Below are positions 30,085 through 39,626 of a stretch of 64,000 nucleotides of DNA, piece after piece (position 1 is the first letter of the stretch; each line of letters opens with the position of its first letter). The translations under genes and the position numbers were made by a program. The notes beneath the pieces were generated by a model that saw only the letters and a program-made list of their open reading frames with translations, had not been told where the DNA came from and searched no databases. The stretch spans positions 160,001 through 224,000 of the forward strand of contig CBDCWP010000038.1 of the NCBI GenBank assembly GCA_965223505.1. Direction: 5' to 3'. This DNA is from Planctomycetota bacterium. Its GTDB lineage: Bacteria; Planctomycetota; PLA2; JAEUHO01.

Positions 30085-30888
30085 ATGGCCGTCCCCGTCC
30101 TCGTGCTCGTCGTGGCGCTCTACGCATCGGTCGCCACTGCGTACGTCGAGGCCCGGCGTCGCGGCGAGTCGGCCCCTCCGTCGTGGGCGCGCTGGACGGG
30201 CGTATTCACCGTCGCCGTCCACTTCGCCGGACTGCTCGCGCTGGCGATGAGCATCTCGAGCAGTCCGTTCGGCACCTCGAGCCAGGCGCTGTCCTTTCTC
30301 GCGTTCGCGCTCGGCGGGCTCTACCTGATTCTCGAGGCGACCAGCAAAGTCGACAGCTACGGCGGCTGGTTCTACGGACTCGCCGCGGCGATGGCCGCCG
30401 TCGGCGTCCCCGGTCTGATCGAAGCGGGACCGCCCGCCGCGAAAGCCGCCGATCCGGATCCGCTTCGTTCGTGGCACGTCGGCCTGGCGCTGCTGAGCAC
30501 GGCGGCCGTCGTCGTGAGCGGGCTCCTGGCGGCCGGCTACCTCGGCACCTACATGCGTGTGAAGCGCCGCGCGATTCGCGACACGGCCCGAGGGCCGTCG
30601 CTCACCGGCTTCCAGCGTCTGACGCGCAACGCGTCGTTCCTCGGCATGATGCTGCTCGCGCCTTCCGTCGTGTTCGGCATCAACGCGGCGACACGCGATC
30701 AGGCGCCGCCGTACCTGCTGATTCTCACGGCGTTCACCGCTGCCGTGCTCGTGCTGCTCACGCTCGCCTGGTTGATCTGGTGGCGTCGTCCGTTGCGCGG
30801 CGCGCTCGCCGCGTGGTTGAACGTCTCCGGCACGGTGTTGGTGTTCATCTCCGCGGGCGTCGTCCACCCGTTGGTGATCGCCGCCTGA
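30085..30888 (+). CDS. CcsA/HemX-like membrane protein (divergent)
   Basis: About 8 TM segments, WHVGLALLS; directly upstream of hemA, a common context. Confidence 0.6.
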   Translation: MAVPVLVLVVALYASVATAYVEARRRGESAPPSWARWTGVFTVAVHFAGLLALAMSISSSPFGTSSQALSFLAFALGGLYLILEATSKVDSYGGWFYGLAAAMAAVGVPGLIEAGPPAAKAADPDPLRSWHVGLALLSTAAVVVSGLLAAGYLGTYMRVKRRAIRDTARGPSLTGFQRLTRNASFLGMMLLAPSVVFGINAATRDQAPPYLLILTAFTAAVLVLLTLAWLIWWRRPLRGALAAWLNVSGTVLVFISAGVVHPLVIAA

Positions 30889-32156
30889 TGGACGTGTACC
30901 AGGCCGGCATCGATCATCACTCGGCCCCGCTCGAGGTGCGCGAACGTCTCGCGCTCGATCGCGACGCGGCCATCGAGGTCGCGCGGTCGATCCACGCGGA
31001 AGGCTGGGTCGACGAGGCGCTCGTCCTCGCGACGTGCAACCGCACCGAGCTCTATGTCGTGAGCCGCGCGCCGCGCGCCCAGGAGCACGTCCTCGCGGCG
31101 TTGCTCGAGCGCATGCCCGAGGCGCCGCCGCCGGACGCGCCGTGCTACCGGCAGCAGTCGGGCGAGGCCGCCGCGCGGCACCTCGTGCGCATCGCCTGCG
31201 GACTCGAGTCGGCGATCCTCGGCGAAACGGAGATCCAGGGACAGGTGCGCGACGCGCACGAGCGCGGCCTGAGAGCCAACAGCGTCGGCGCGTTCCTCGA
31301 TCGTCTCCTGCGAACCGCGATCCGCGCCGGCAAGCGCGCGCGCGCGGAGACCAACATCAGCGCCGGCGGCCTTTCGCACGGAAGCGCGACGCTGCAGGTC
31401 GTACGACGCGTGTTCGACACGTTCGAAGACCGGCGCGTGCTCATCTCCGGCGCCGGTCAGATCGCCGCGCAGGCGGCGCGGTCGTTGAGCTCGCTCGATC
31501 AGGCCGCATTCGTCGTCGCGAATCGCACCAAGGCGAACGCCCGTGCCATCGCGAACGACTTGCCCAACGCCGAAGTCGCGCCCCTCGAGGACTTGCCCCG
31601 GCATCTGAGCGCGTGCCACGTCGCCGTCTTCGCGACCGGCGCCGACCCCCTGTCCGCCGACGACATCAAGTCGGCGCTGCACAAGCGCCGCGACCCCTTG
31701 CTCGTCGTCGACCTGGGGCTGCCTCGGTGCGTCGACGCGCGGGCAAGCGAGCTTCCCGGCGTGTTCCTCTACGATCTCGAGGCGCTCGAAGCGATGGTCG
31801 CTGATGCGCTCGAGGTGCGCCGCGGCGCGGTGATCGACGTCGACGCGATCATCGAAGGCGAGTTCGGCCGCTTCCAGACGTGGCATCGTTCGCTCGGCGC
31901 GTTGCCCGCGATCCGCTCGCTGCACGAGTGGGCCGAAGCGGTTCGCGCCGAAGAGCTCTCGTATCTGAGCGACGAGTGGAACGACGACCAACGGCGTTCG
32001 CTCGATCACCTCACCAAGCGGCTCGTCCGGCGCTTGCTCGGGCGCGCGTCCGCGCGGGTGGCACGCGGCGCCGAACAGAAAGACCCGGACCTCCCGACGC
32101 CGGAGCATCTCCGGCACCTCTTCGGGCTGGACGACGACAGCGGAGGCACGGCATGA
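30888..32156 (+). CDS. hemA: Glutamyl-tRNA reductase
   Basis: HHSAPLEVRE, ATCNRTELY, GLESAILGETEIQGQV, GAG, NRT. Confidence 0.95.
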   Translation: MDVYQAGIDHHSAPLEVRERLALDRDAAIEVARSIHAEGWVDEALVLATCNRTELYVVSRAPRAQEHVLAALLERMPEAPPPDAPCYRQQSGEAAARHLVRIACGLESAILGETEIQGQVRDAHERGLRANSVGAFLDRLLRTAIRAGKRARAETNISAGGLSHGSATLQVVRRVFDTFEDRRVLISGAGQIAAQAARSLSSLDQAAFVVANRTKANARAIANDLPNAEVAPLEDLPRHLSACHVAVFATGADPLSADDIKSALHKRRDPLLVVDLGLPRCVDARASELPGVFLYDLEALEAMVADALEVRRGAVIDVDAIIEGEFGRFQTWHRSLGALPAIRSLHEWAEAVRAEELSYLSDEWNDDQRRSLDHLTKRLVRRLLGRASARVARGAEQKDPDLPTPEHLRHLFGLDDDSGGTA

Positions 32157-33190
32157 GCTCGTTGTTCGAGCGAGCGTTGCGCGGCGAGGCCGTAGAGCGC
32201 TTTCCCGTTTGGATGATGCGGCAAGCGGGCCGGTACCTGCCGGGCTACCGCGCCATGCGGGCCAAGACACCGTTCCTCGACCTTTGCCGCTCGCCCGATC
32301 TGGCCGCGGAGGTCTCGCTGGAGCCCATCGAGCGTTTCGACATGGACGCGGCGATCGTGTTCGCCGACATCCTGCTCACGGCCGACGCGATGGGCGTCGA
32401 GGTCACCTTCCCGGAAGGCGGCCCGCGCATCACGAGCCCGATTCGCACGCCGGCCGACGTCGAAAAGGTGCACGAACCCGATGTCTCCCGCACCGAGGCG
32501 GTCGCCGAGACCGTCGCCCTACTGCGCGCCTCGCTGCCGGAGACGAAGGCGGTCATCGGCTTCTCCGCCGCCCCGTTCACCCTGTGCGCGTACATGATCG
32601 AAGGCGGCTCGAGCCGCGACTTCTGGCGCACGCGCGCGTTCGCGCACGAGCATCCGGACGCCTTCGCGACCTTGCTCGAACGCGTCGCCGACGCCCTCGT
32701 CCCCTACTTGCGCGAACAGGCGCAGGCGGGTGCGAACGTGCTGCAACTCTTCGACACGTGGGCCGGCATGGCGAGTCCGCGCTTGTATCGCGAACGCGTC
32801 GTTCCGGCGATCCGGCGCGTCGTCGACGGGCTCGGCGATGGCCGCCCGCCGATGATCCTGTTGCCGGGCATCGCGACGCAAGCGCGCCTGGACGTCGCCG
32901 TCGCGTCCGGCGTCGAGGGCCTTTCCATCGACTACACGACGGATCTTGCGTACGCGTACGAGCGCGTCGGCGACCGCGTTCGCCTCCAGGGCAATCTCGA
33001 CCCGACGGTCCTGCTGTCGAACCCGGAGACGATCCGGTCCGAGATGAAGCACATGCTCGCCCAGGTGCCGCCCGGCAGGCCACATCTCGTGAACCTCGGA
33101 CACGGCGTCCTCAAGGACACCGACCCCGACAACGTCGCGGTGTTCGTCGAATCCGCGAAGCAGTTCCCCGTGACGGCGACCGCGTCCTAG
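32153..33190 (+). CDS. hemE: Uroporphyrinogen decarboxylase
   Basis: PVWMMRQAGRYLP, LQGNLDP, NLGHG. Confidence 0.96.
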   Translation: MSSLFERALRGEAVERFPVWMMRQAGRYLPGYRAMRAKTPFLDLCRSPDLAAEVSLEPIERFDMDAAIVFADILLTADAMGVEVTFPEGGPRITSPIRTPADVEKVHEPDVSRTEAVAETVALLRASLPETKAVIGFSAAPFTLCAYMIEGGSSRDFWRTRAFAHEHPDAFATLLERVADALVPYLREQAQAGANVLQLFDTWAGMASPRLYRERVVPAIRRVVDGLGDGRPPMILLPGIATQARLDVAVASGVEGLSIDYTTDLAYAYERVGDRVRLQGNLDPTVLLSNPETIRSEMKHMLAQVPPGRPHLVNLGHGVLKDTDPDNVAVFVESAKQFPVTATAS

Positions 33191-33196
33191 GCCGCA

Positions 33197-34540
33197 GTGC
33201 AGACCTACGACCGCATCATCGTCGGCGCCGGCATCGCGGGACTCTCCGAGGCGTGGTGGCGCACGCAGAACGGCGAGAACGTGGTCGTCCTCGAAGCGAC
33301 GGACCGCGTCGGCGGCGTCATTCACACCGACCGCGTCGACGGCTTCCAGGTCGAACGCGCCGCCTCGACGATCCCGTCCACGGCGCTGCACGTACAAGAT
33401 CTGGCCGCGGCGGTGCCCGGCGCGCCGAAGCTCGTGCCGGCATCGAAGGCCGCCACGAAGCAGTTCCTCTTGGGGCGGGGCGGGTTGCGCGCCGTGCCGC
33501 GCTCGCCGCCGGCGTTGTTCGAGACCGGACTCCTCTCGCCCGGCGCGAAGCTGCGCGCGCTCATGGAGATGCTGCGCCGCATGCCACGCAACGAGCGCAG
33601 TCGTGCCTCTCTTCAGGGATTCGTCGGCGAGCGCTTCGGACGCGAGGTCGCCGACGCGTTCCTGCGTCCGTTCACACAGGGCATCTACGGCACGTCGCCG
33701 GAACAGCTCGGGGCATTCGACGCGTTTCCGGCACTCGTCGCGGGCGCGCGCCGCCGCAACGGCGTCTTGCGTTCGCTGATGAGCAAGAAGGGCGGCGCGA
33801 AGCGACGCGTCCTGTTGCCCAAGGGCGGAATGGAAGCGTTGCCGAAGGCGATCGCGGCGGTGCTGGGAGAACGCGTGCGCACGAACGCGACCGTCGAGAC
33901 CCTTGCGCCGGGCGCGCCGGACCGGTCGGCCGAGGTCGTGTTGTCCGGCGGCGAGACGCTGCGCGCCGACGAGATCGTGCTCTGCGTGCCCGCGTCGGCG
34001 CAGGGTCGCCTGCTCGAGGCCGTGCCGCACGTCGCGGAGGCGTTGACGCCGATACCCTACGTTCCGATCGGCGTCGCCGCCGTGGGCTTCCGCCGCGAAG
34101 ACGCGCCGGCGGTGCCGGAGGGGTTCGGGTTCCTGCGCTCGCGAAGCTCGAAGGCGCGCATCCTCGGTGCCACCTTCGTCTCGAAGCTCTCGAACGACGT
34201 CGCGCCGCTCGGATGCGAGCTGCTCAACGTCTACTTCGGCGGCGGCGAGGATCCCGAGTTCGTGAACGCGCGGGACGACGACGTTCGCGACCAGGTGCTG
34301 CGCGATCTCGGACGCGCCTTGGGCGGGCGCGTGCGGCCGCGTCTGTTCGATCTCTGGCGCTGGCCCGCTGCGATCCCGGTCTTCGCGCCCGGCCATCGAG
34401 CGCGCATGGCCGCGCTGAACACCGAGCTCGACCGGTCGCGCATCCGGCTCTCCGGCTCGCACGTGACAGGGGTCGGCCTGGACGCCTGTTGCCGTCCGGC
34501 GGCGCCGGTTCCCGCTCCCGGCGGTGTGACGCGCGTCTGA
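33197..34540 (+). CDS. hemY: Protoporphyrinogen/coproporphyrinogen oxidase (HemY family)
   Basis: IVGAGIAGL, RVGG, GFGFL, RWPAAIP; heme-cluster context. Confidence 0.88.
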   Translation: MQTYDRIIVGAGIAGLSEAWWRTQNGENVVVLEATDRVGGVIHTDRVDGFQVERAASTIPSTALHVQDLAAAVPGAPKLVPASKAATKQFLLGRGGLRAVPRSPPALFETGLLSPGAKLRALMEMLRRMPRNERSRASLQGFVGERFGREVADAFLRPFTQGIYGTSPEQLGAFDAFPALVAGARRRNGVLRSLMSKKGGAKRRVLLPKGGMEALPKAIAAVLGERVRTNATVETLAPGAPDRSAEVVLSGGETLRADEIVLCVPASAQGRLLEAVPHVAEALTPIPYVPIGVAAVGFRREDAPAVPEGFGFLRSRSSKARILGATFVSKLSNDVAPLGCELLNVYFGGGEDPEFVNARDDDVRDQVLRDLGRALGGRVRPRLFDLWRWPAAIPVFAPGHRARMAALNTELDRSRIRLSGSHVTGVGLDACCRPAAPVPAPGGVTRV

Positions 34541-34543
34541 CCG

Positions 34544-35846
34544 CTATGCGTTAGGCAAAGAAACGAGCGCGCAAAGCGCGCCTCGATGCGCGTCGAGAAT
34601 CCGTCCAAGGATCGTCTTGTCGTGCGCGAGCGAAACGAACCACGCTTCGAACGGACTCGGCGGAAGGTGCACGCCTCGATCCAGCATCAGACCGTGATAG
34701 CGACGGAACGCGTCGAGGTCGGTCGCCTTCGCTTCGTCGAGGTTCGCGGGCGCGGACGGCGCGAACCACAGTCCCAGCATCGCGCCGCAACGTGACGACG
34801 TGACAGCGACGCCCTCGTCGCGTGCCACGCGCTCCAGCCCGTCCGCCAAGGTCGTCGCGGTCGCCTCGATCCGCGCGAAGACACCGGGCTCCGACAGAAT
34901 GCGCAGGGTGTGATAGCCCGCCGTCATCGCAACCGGGTTGCCTGCCAGCGTGCCGGCCTGGTACACGGGCCCTTCGGGCGCCACCTGCGACATCAGGTCC
35001 TCGCGGCCGCCGTACGCCCCGACGGGCAGTCCGCCGCCGATCACCTTGCCGAAGCACGTCAGGTCCGGCCGCACGCCGAAGCGCGCCTGCGCGCCGCCGA
35101 CGTGCACGCGAAAGCCGGTCATGACCTCGTCGAACACGAGCAGCGCGCCGTGCTCGTCGCAGAGGCCGCGCAACCCCGCGAGGAACCCGTCGCGCGGCAA
35201 GATCAAGCCCATGTTGCCCGCTACGGGCTCGACGAAGACGGCTGCGACGTCGCCCGCGTTCGACTCGAACGCGGAACGCACGGCGTCGAGGTCGTTGTAC
35301 GGAACGGTGAGCGTCGCCTGCGCGACCTCGTCGGGCACACCGGGACTGTCGGGGGTTCCGAACGTGAGCGCGCCCGAACCGGCGCTCGAGAGGAACGCGT
35401 CGCCGTGTCCGTGATAGCAGCCCTCGAACTTGATCACCTTCGGGCGACCCGTCGCGGCGCGCGCGAGACGAAGCGCCGACATGCAGGCTTCCGTGCCCGA
35501 CACGACGAACCGCAAACCGATCGACGTGCGGCAACATCGAGACGACCTTGCGGCCCAGCCGGACCTCGTCGGGGGACGGCGTTCCGCTTCCGACGCCGCG
35601 TTCGACACGGGCGACGATCGCGCGGGTCACGGCCGGGTGCGCATGACCGAGGATCATCGGCCCCCACGAGCCGATGAGATCGACGTACTCGTTGCCGTCG
35701 ACGTCGATCAGCAAGGCGCCCTCGGCTTTGCGAATGACGCGCGGCGTTCCGCCGACGCTCTTGAACGCGCGCACGGGACTCGAAACGCCGCCTGGAAAGA
35801 GCGAAGCCGCGATGCGGTTGTACGCCTGGTTGCGCTTGCCCGTCAT
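34544..35846 (-). pseudogene. hemL: Glutamate-1-semialdehyde 2,1-aminomutase with a single-base frameshift near 35514-35516 (probably a sequencing error)
   Basis: N-terminus (PGGVSSPVRAF) and C-terminus (SGTEA, FDEVMTGFR, GKVIGGG) lie in different frames; removing one A from AAA at 35514-35516 restores DRLRFVVSGTEA. Confidence 0.88.
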
Positions 35847-36583
35847 GCGCCTCCTTCCGGCGTCAATGCCCGTGCGATCGCGTCGGCGAGCGCCTCGGCG
35901 CTCGGGTGCGGGGCGACGATGACGTTGCGGAATCCGCGGGCCTGCAGTGCGTCCGCCGTGGTCTTGCCCATCGCCGCCGCCGGCGTCCGGCCGCGATCGA
36001 TCACACCACGCTTGAGCAGTGCATGATGCAGGCACTCCACGGCCCGCGGGCTGCCCGCCCAGATCGCATGCGGATCTTCGGCGCTCGCGCAACGATCTCC
36101 GAACGTCGGCGAAACCTCGACCTGGTACGCCGTGATCTCGTCGACGCGCTTGCCCGCGTCGAGGAAAACGTGCACCGCGTCTTCCCGCGCCCGCAATCCA
36201 CGTAGGAACAACACGCGCTCGATCGCGGCGGCCTGGTCGACCAGCTCGCGCGCGAGCGACGCGGCGTCCGAGGTGCCCACGAAGATCACGTCGAAGCCGC
36301 AGTCGCGAGCGGCCGCCGCCGTGCGTTCGCCGACGCAGACGGCTTGCCACCCTTGCGCGTCCTTCGGATTGACGTAGCGAGCGCCGTACGCGCTGGTCAA
36401 CAGGACGACGTCGTGCGCCCGTGCTTTCAACGCCCCGGCAACGGCGGCCGGATCTTCGGGCGGCGCAACGTCGCCCCACGGGAGCGGCACGGCGTGAATC
36501 CCCCGCGCCTGCACGAGCGCGGTCCAGCGGGTCGTCGTACCGCTGCTCGCGACGATCCACACGACGGGTTGCGGGCCGATCAC
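35843..36583 (-). CDS. hemD: Uroporphyrinogen-III synthase
   Basis: LLTSAYG, CVGERTAAA, GSPRAVE, MGKTTADAL; lies between hemC and hemL. Confidence 0.85.
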   Translation of the reverse strand: MIGPQPVVWIVASSGTTTRWTALVQARGIHAVPLPWGDVAPPEDPAAVAGALKARAHDVVLLTSAYGARYVNPKDAQGWQAVCVGERTAAAARDCGFDVIFVGTSDAASLARELVDQAAAIERVLFLRGLRAREDAVHVFLDAGKRVDEITAYQVEVSPTFGDRCASAEDPHAIWAGSPRAVECLHHALLKRGVIDRGRTPAAAMGKTTADALQARGFRNVIVAPHPSAEALADAIARALTPEGGA

Positions 36584-37482
36584 GACGCCACCAGGGGGCC
36601 GGCGCCCTGCTCGAGCAGCGTGGCTGCCGCCTCGCGGCCGATCTTCACGGCGTCGGAGAGCGGCCCTTGCGACGCGTGCTCGTAGACCTGCGTCCCGTCC
36701 ATGGAGCACACGCGCACGCGCAATCGAAGCGCACCGTCTTCGACGTCGGCAAACGCGCCCACCGGCGCGTGGCAGCCGGCGCCCAGCTCGTGCAACGCCG
36801 TGCGCTCCGCCGACGTGCACGCGGAGGCGCGAATGTCCTTCAGCTGAGAAAGGCACGCCTCGGCCTGGGCGTCCCCCTCGCGAATCACGATGCCCAACGC
36901 GCCCTGGCCGGCCGCGGGCAGACAGACGTCGGGCTCCAGCACCTCGCTCACATGGTCGTCGCGCCCCAACCGGCGAAGGCCGGCCAGCGCGAGCACGACC
37001 GCGTCGATCTCGCCGTTCGCGACCTTGTCCATCCGCGTGCCGACGTTCCCGCGAATCGTCTCGAAGCGGAGGTCGGGCCGCCGGCGCCGAAGCTGCGCGA
37101 CGCGTCGCGGACTCCCGGTGCCGACGCGCGCGCCCTCGGGGAGCTGGTCGAGCCCGACGCCGTCCTTGGCCACGAGCGCGTCGCGCGGGTCTTCGCGCAG
37201 CGGTACGCAGCCGACGATCAACCCCCCCTCCTCGGCGGCGGGCAGGTCCTTGAGGCTGTGAACGGCCGCATCGACGCGGTCGTCGTGCAACGCCTGGTTG
37301 AGCTGCGCGGTGAAGATGCCCGTTCGACCGAAGGCGTGGAGCGCCGTCGTTCGATCGCGGTCTCCGTCGCTTCGCACCCAGACCATCGCCGTACAACACG
37401 AGACGCGCGCCGCGACCCACTCGGCTTGCACCTGCGCCAGGGGGCTGGCGCGCGATCCGATGCGAAGGAAGTTCCCCGTCAT
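36580..37482 (-). CDS. hemC: Hydroxymethylbilane synthase
   Basis: RIGSRASPLA, AVHSLKDLP, RGNVGTR, GAGCHAP. Confidence 0.96.
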   Translation of the reverse strand: MTGNFLRIGSRASPLAQVQAEWVAARVSCCTAMVWVRSDGDRDRTTALHAFGRTGIFTAQLNQALHDDRVDAAVHSLKDLPAAEEGGLIVGCVPLREDPRDALVAKDGVGLDQLPEGARVGTGSPRRVAQLRRRRPDLRFETIRGNVGTRMDKVANGEIDAVVLALAGLRRLGRDDHVSEVLEPDVCLPAAGQGALGIVIREGDAQAEACLSQLKDIRASACTSAERTALHELGAGCHAPVGAFADVEDGALRLRVRVCSMDGTQVYEHASQGPLSDAVKIGREAAATLLEQGAGPLVAS

Positions 37483-38771
37483 GCGCCGTCCTCGCCGGGT
37501 TCGATCCGTTCGACGCGGCTCGTCACGTGATCGCCGCTCGACACCCGTGTGCGCAGCGCGTCGCCGATGCGAACGTCCGATGCCGCTCGCACCACGCGGC
37601 CGCTCTCTTCCAGCGTCGTGAGCGAGTAGCCCCGACCCAGCACGGCGAGCGGCGACAGCGCGCGCAGGCGGTGGCGCAACGAGGTGCAACGCGTGTCAGC
37701 GCCACGCAACTGCGTAACGGCCGAGCGCGTCGCGCGGATCGCGGCGCGTCGAACGCGCTCGCGCTCGTCACGCAGGCGCCGACGAAGCGGCGGGAGCAGT
37801 CGCGCCCGCAAGCCGCCGAGCGCCTCCGCGCGGCGACGAAGCGCGGCGCCCGGGCTGTGCGCCGTCAGTCGCCTACGCAGATGCTCGAGGCCGTCGCGGT
37901 CGCGACCGAGTCGGCGCTGCATCTGCACGCGAAGCCGCCGGGCCTCGCTGTCGAGCTGCCGCAGCAGGTCGTCGCGCACCGGCACCACGAGCTCGGCAGC
38001 TTGCGACGGCGTCGCCGCGCGGACGTCGGCGACCCAGTCGGCGATGGTGACGTCGGTTTCGTGGCCGACGGCCGACACGACGGGCGTAGCGCAGCGGGCG
38101 ATCGCGCGCGCGACGATCTCCTCGTTGAACGCCCAGAGGTCCTCGAGGGATCCGCCGCCGCGGCCGACGATGATCACGTCCGCGCCGACGCGGGTGTCCA
38201 CCCGCTCGATCGCGCGCGCGATCTCCTGCGCGGCGCCGTCCCCCTGCACACGCACCGGATCGAGCAGCACGTCGACGCACGGGAAGCGACGCCGGATGAC
38301 CGTGACCATGTCGCGGACCGCCGCGCCGGTGCGGCTCGTGATGAGGGCGATGCGGCGCGGCAAGAACGGCAACGGCTGTTTGCCTTCGGCGTCGAAGAGT
38401 CCCTCCGCCTCGAGCTTGCGCCGCATGCGTTCGAACGCGAGCTGCAGCGCGCCCGCGCCGACCGGCTCGATCGTCCGGACGACCAGCTGATAGCGGCCGT
38501 GTGGCGGATACACGTCGATGCGGCCGCGAACCAACACCTCCTGCCCTTCTTCGGGGGCGACGCGCAAGCGCGCCGCGGTCGAGCGCCAGACGACGCAGGG
38601 CAGCACTGCGCCTTCGTCCTTGAGCGTCAGGTAGACGTGTCCGGACGCGGGTGTTCGCGGCTGCGAGATCTCGCCGCGCACCCAGACGTCGTCGAACGTC
38701 GTTCCCAGCAGCCCCTGCACCTCCGTCGTGAGGGCGGAGACCGTCAGGATCGCGTCGTCATCGGGCCGCAC
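37479..38771 (-). CDS. xseA: Exodeoxyribonuclease VII large subunit
   Basis: SGHVYLTLKD, RGGGSLEDLWAFN, VGHETD, LSPLAVLGRGYS. Confidence 0.96.
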   Translation of the reverse strand: MRPDDDAILTVSALTTEVQGLLGTTFDDVWVRGEISQPRTPASGHVYLTLKDEGAVLPCVVWRSTAARLRVAPEEGQEVLVRGRIDVYPPHGRYQLVVRTIEPVGAGALQLAFERMRRKLEAEGLFDAEGKQPLPFLPRRIALITSRTGAAVRDMVTVIRRRFPCVDVLLDPVRVQGDGAAQEIARAIERVDTRVGADVIIVGRGGGSLEDLWAFNEEIVARAIARCATPVVSAVGHETDVTIADWVADVRAATPSQAAELVVPVRDDLLRQLDSEARRLRVQMQRRLGRDRDGLEHLRRRLTAHSPGAALRRRAEALGGLRARLLPPLRRRLRDERERVRRAAIRATRSAVTQLRGADTRCTSLRHRLRALSPLAVLGRGYSLTTLEESGRVVRAASDVRIGDALRTRVSSGDHVTSRVERIEPGEDGA

Positions 38772-38772
38772 G

Positions 38773-39573
38773 CTACGCTTCGCCCTCGCTCGGCAAGGGA
38801 AGCCACAGCCCCTCGATCGACTGCGCCTTCCCGGTGCGTTCGTCGATCTCCGCGAGGACGGCGCCGAGGCGCTCATCGCCTTGAGCCACCTTGAACGGCT
38901 CGTGCACGTTGAGCCGCATCTTCTTGAGCACGGCCTCCTTGATGCGGCCGATCACACCGTTGTACGGCCCGGTCATGCCCGCATCCGTGATGAAGGCGGT
39001 CCCGTTCGGGCGGACGACCGCGTCCGCGGTCGGTACGTGCGTGTGCGAGCCGAAGATGAACGAGACACGGCCGTCGAGGTACCAGGACAGCGCGATCTTC
39101 TCGCTGGTCGCTTCGGCGTGCATGTCGACGACGACGATGTCGGCCTTCTGCTTCATCGCCTCGACCTGCCGATCGGCCTCGGCCATGAAGTCGCCCTGGG
39201 CGTTCATGAACACCTTGCCCTGCAGGTGGATCACGCCGACACGAACACCGCGCGGACCCTCGACGACGCACGTCCCTCGTCCCGGCGCCCCGACGGGCCA
39301 GTTGGACGGCCGCAGGAGCGTCTGCTCGTTGTCGAACAGCGGCAGCGCCTCGCGACGGTGATACGCGTGGTCGCCCATCGTGATCACGTCGGCGCCGTAG
39401 CCTTGCAGCTCACGCAAGATCTTCTCGGTGATGCCGCTCCCGGACGCCGCGTTCTCCGCGTTGACGACGACGAAGTCCACACCGCGCTCGTCGCGCAGCT
39501 TGGGCAGGAAATGAGCGAGGACCTTGCGGCCCGGTCGCCCGACCACGTCACCGACGCCGAGAATGCGATACAT
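38773..39573 (-). CDS. ymdB: YmdB-like metallophosphoesterase (TIGR00282 type)
   Basis: GDVVG, NAEN, HAEATSEK, GSHTHVPTAD, DAGMTG. Confidence 0.92.
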   Translation of the reverse strand: MYRILGVGDVVGRPGRKVLAHFLPKLRDERGVDFVVVNAENAASGSGITEKILRELQGYGADVITMGDHAYHRREALPLFDNEQTLLRPSNWPVGAPGRGTCVVEGPRGVRVGVIHLQGKVFMNAQGDFMAEADRQVEAMKQKADIVVVDMHAEATSEKIALSWYLDGRVSFIFGSHTHVPTADAVVRPNGTAFITDAGMTGPYNGVIGRIKEAVLKKMRLNVHEPFKVAQGDERLGAVLAEIDERTGKAQSIEGLWLPLPSEGEA

Positions 39574-39626
39574 GCGCGGGATTGTAGAGGCGCGGGTGCG
39601 CGGCGCAGTCCGATCGTCGGAGCGTC

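Noticed and set aside
35514..35516. Programmed ribosomal frameshift in hemL
   Set aside because: No recognisable slippery heptamer or stimulatory structure; a sequencing indel is more parsimonious
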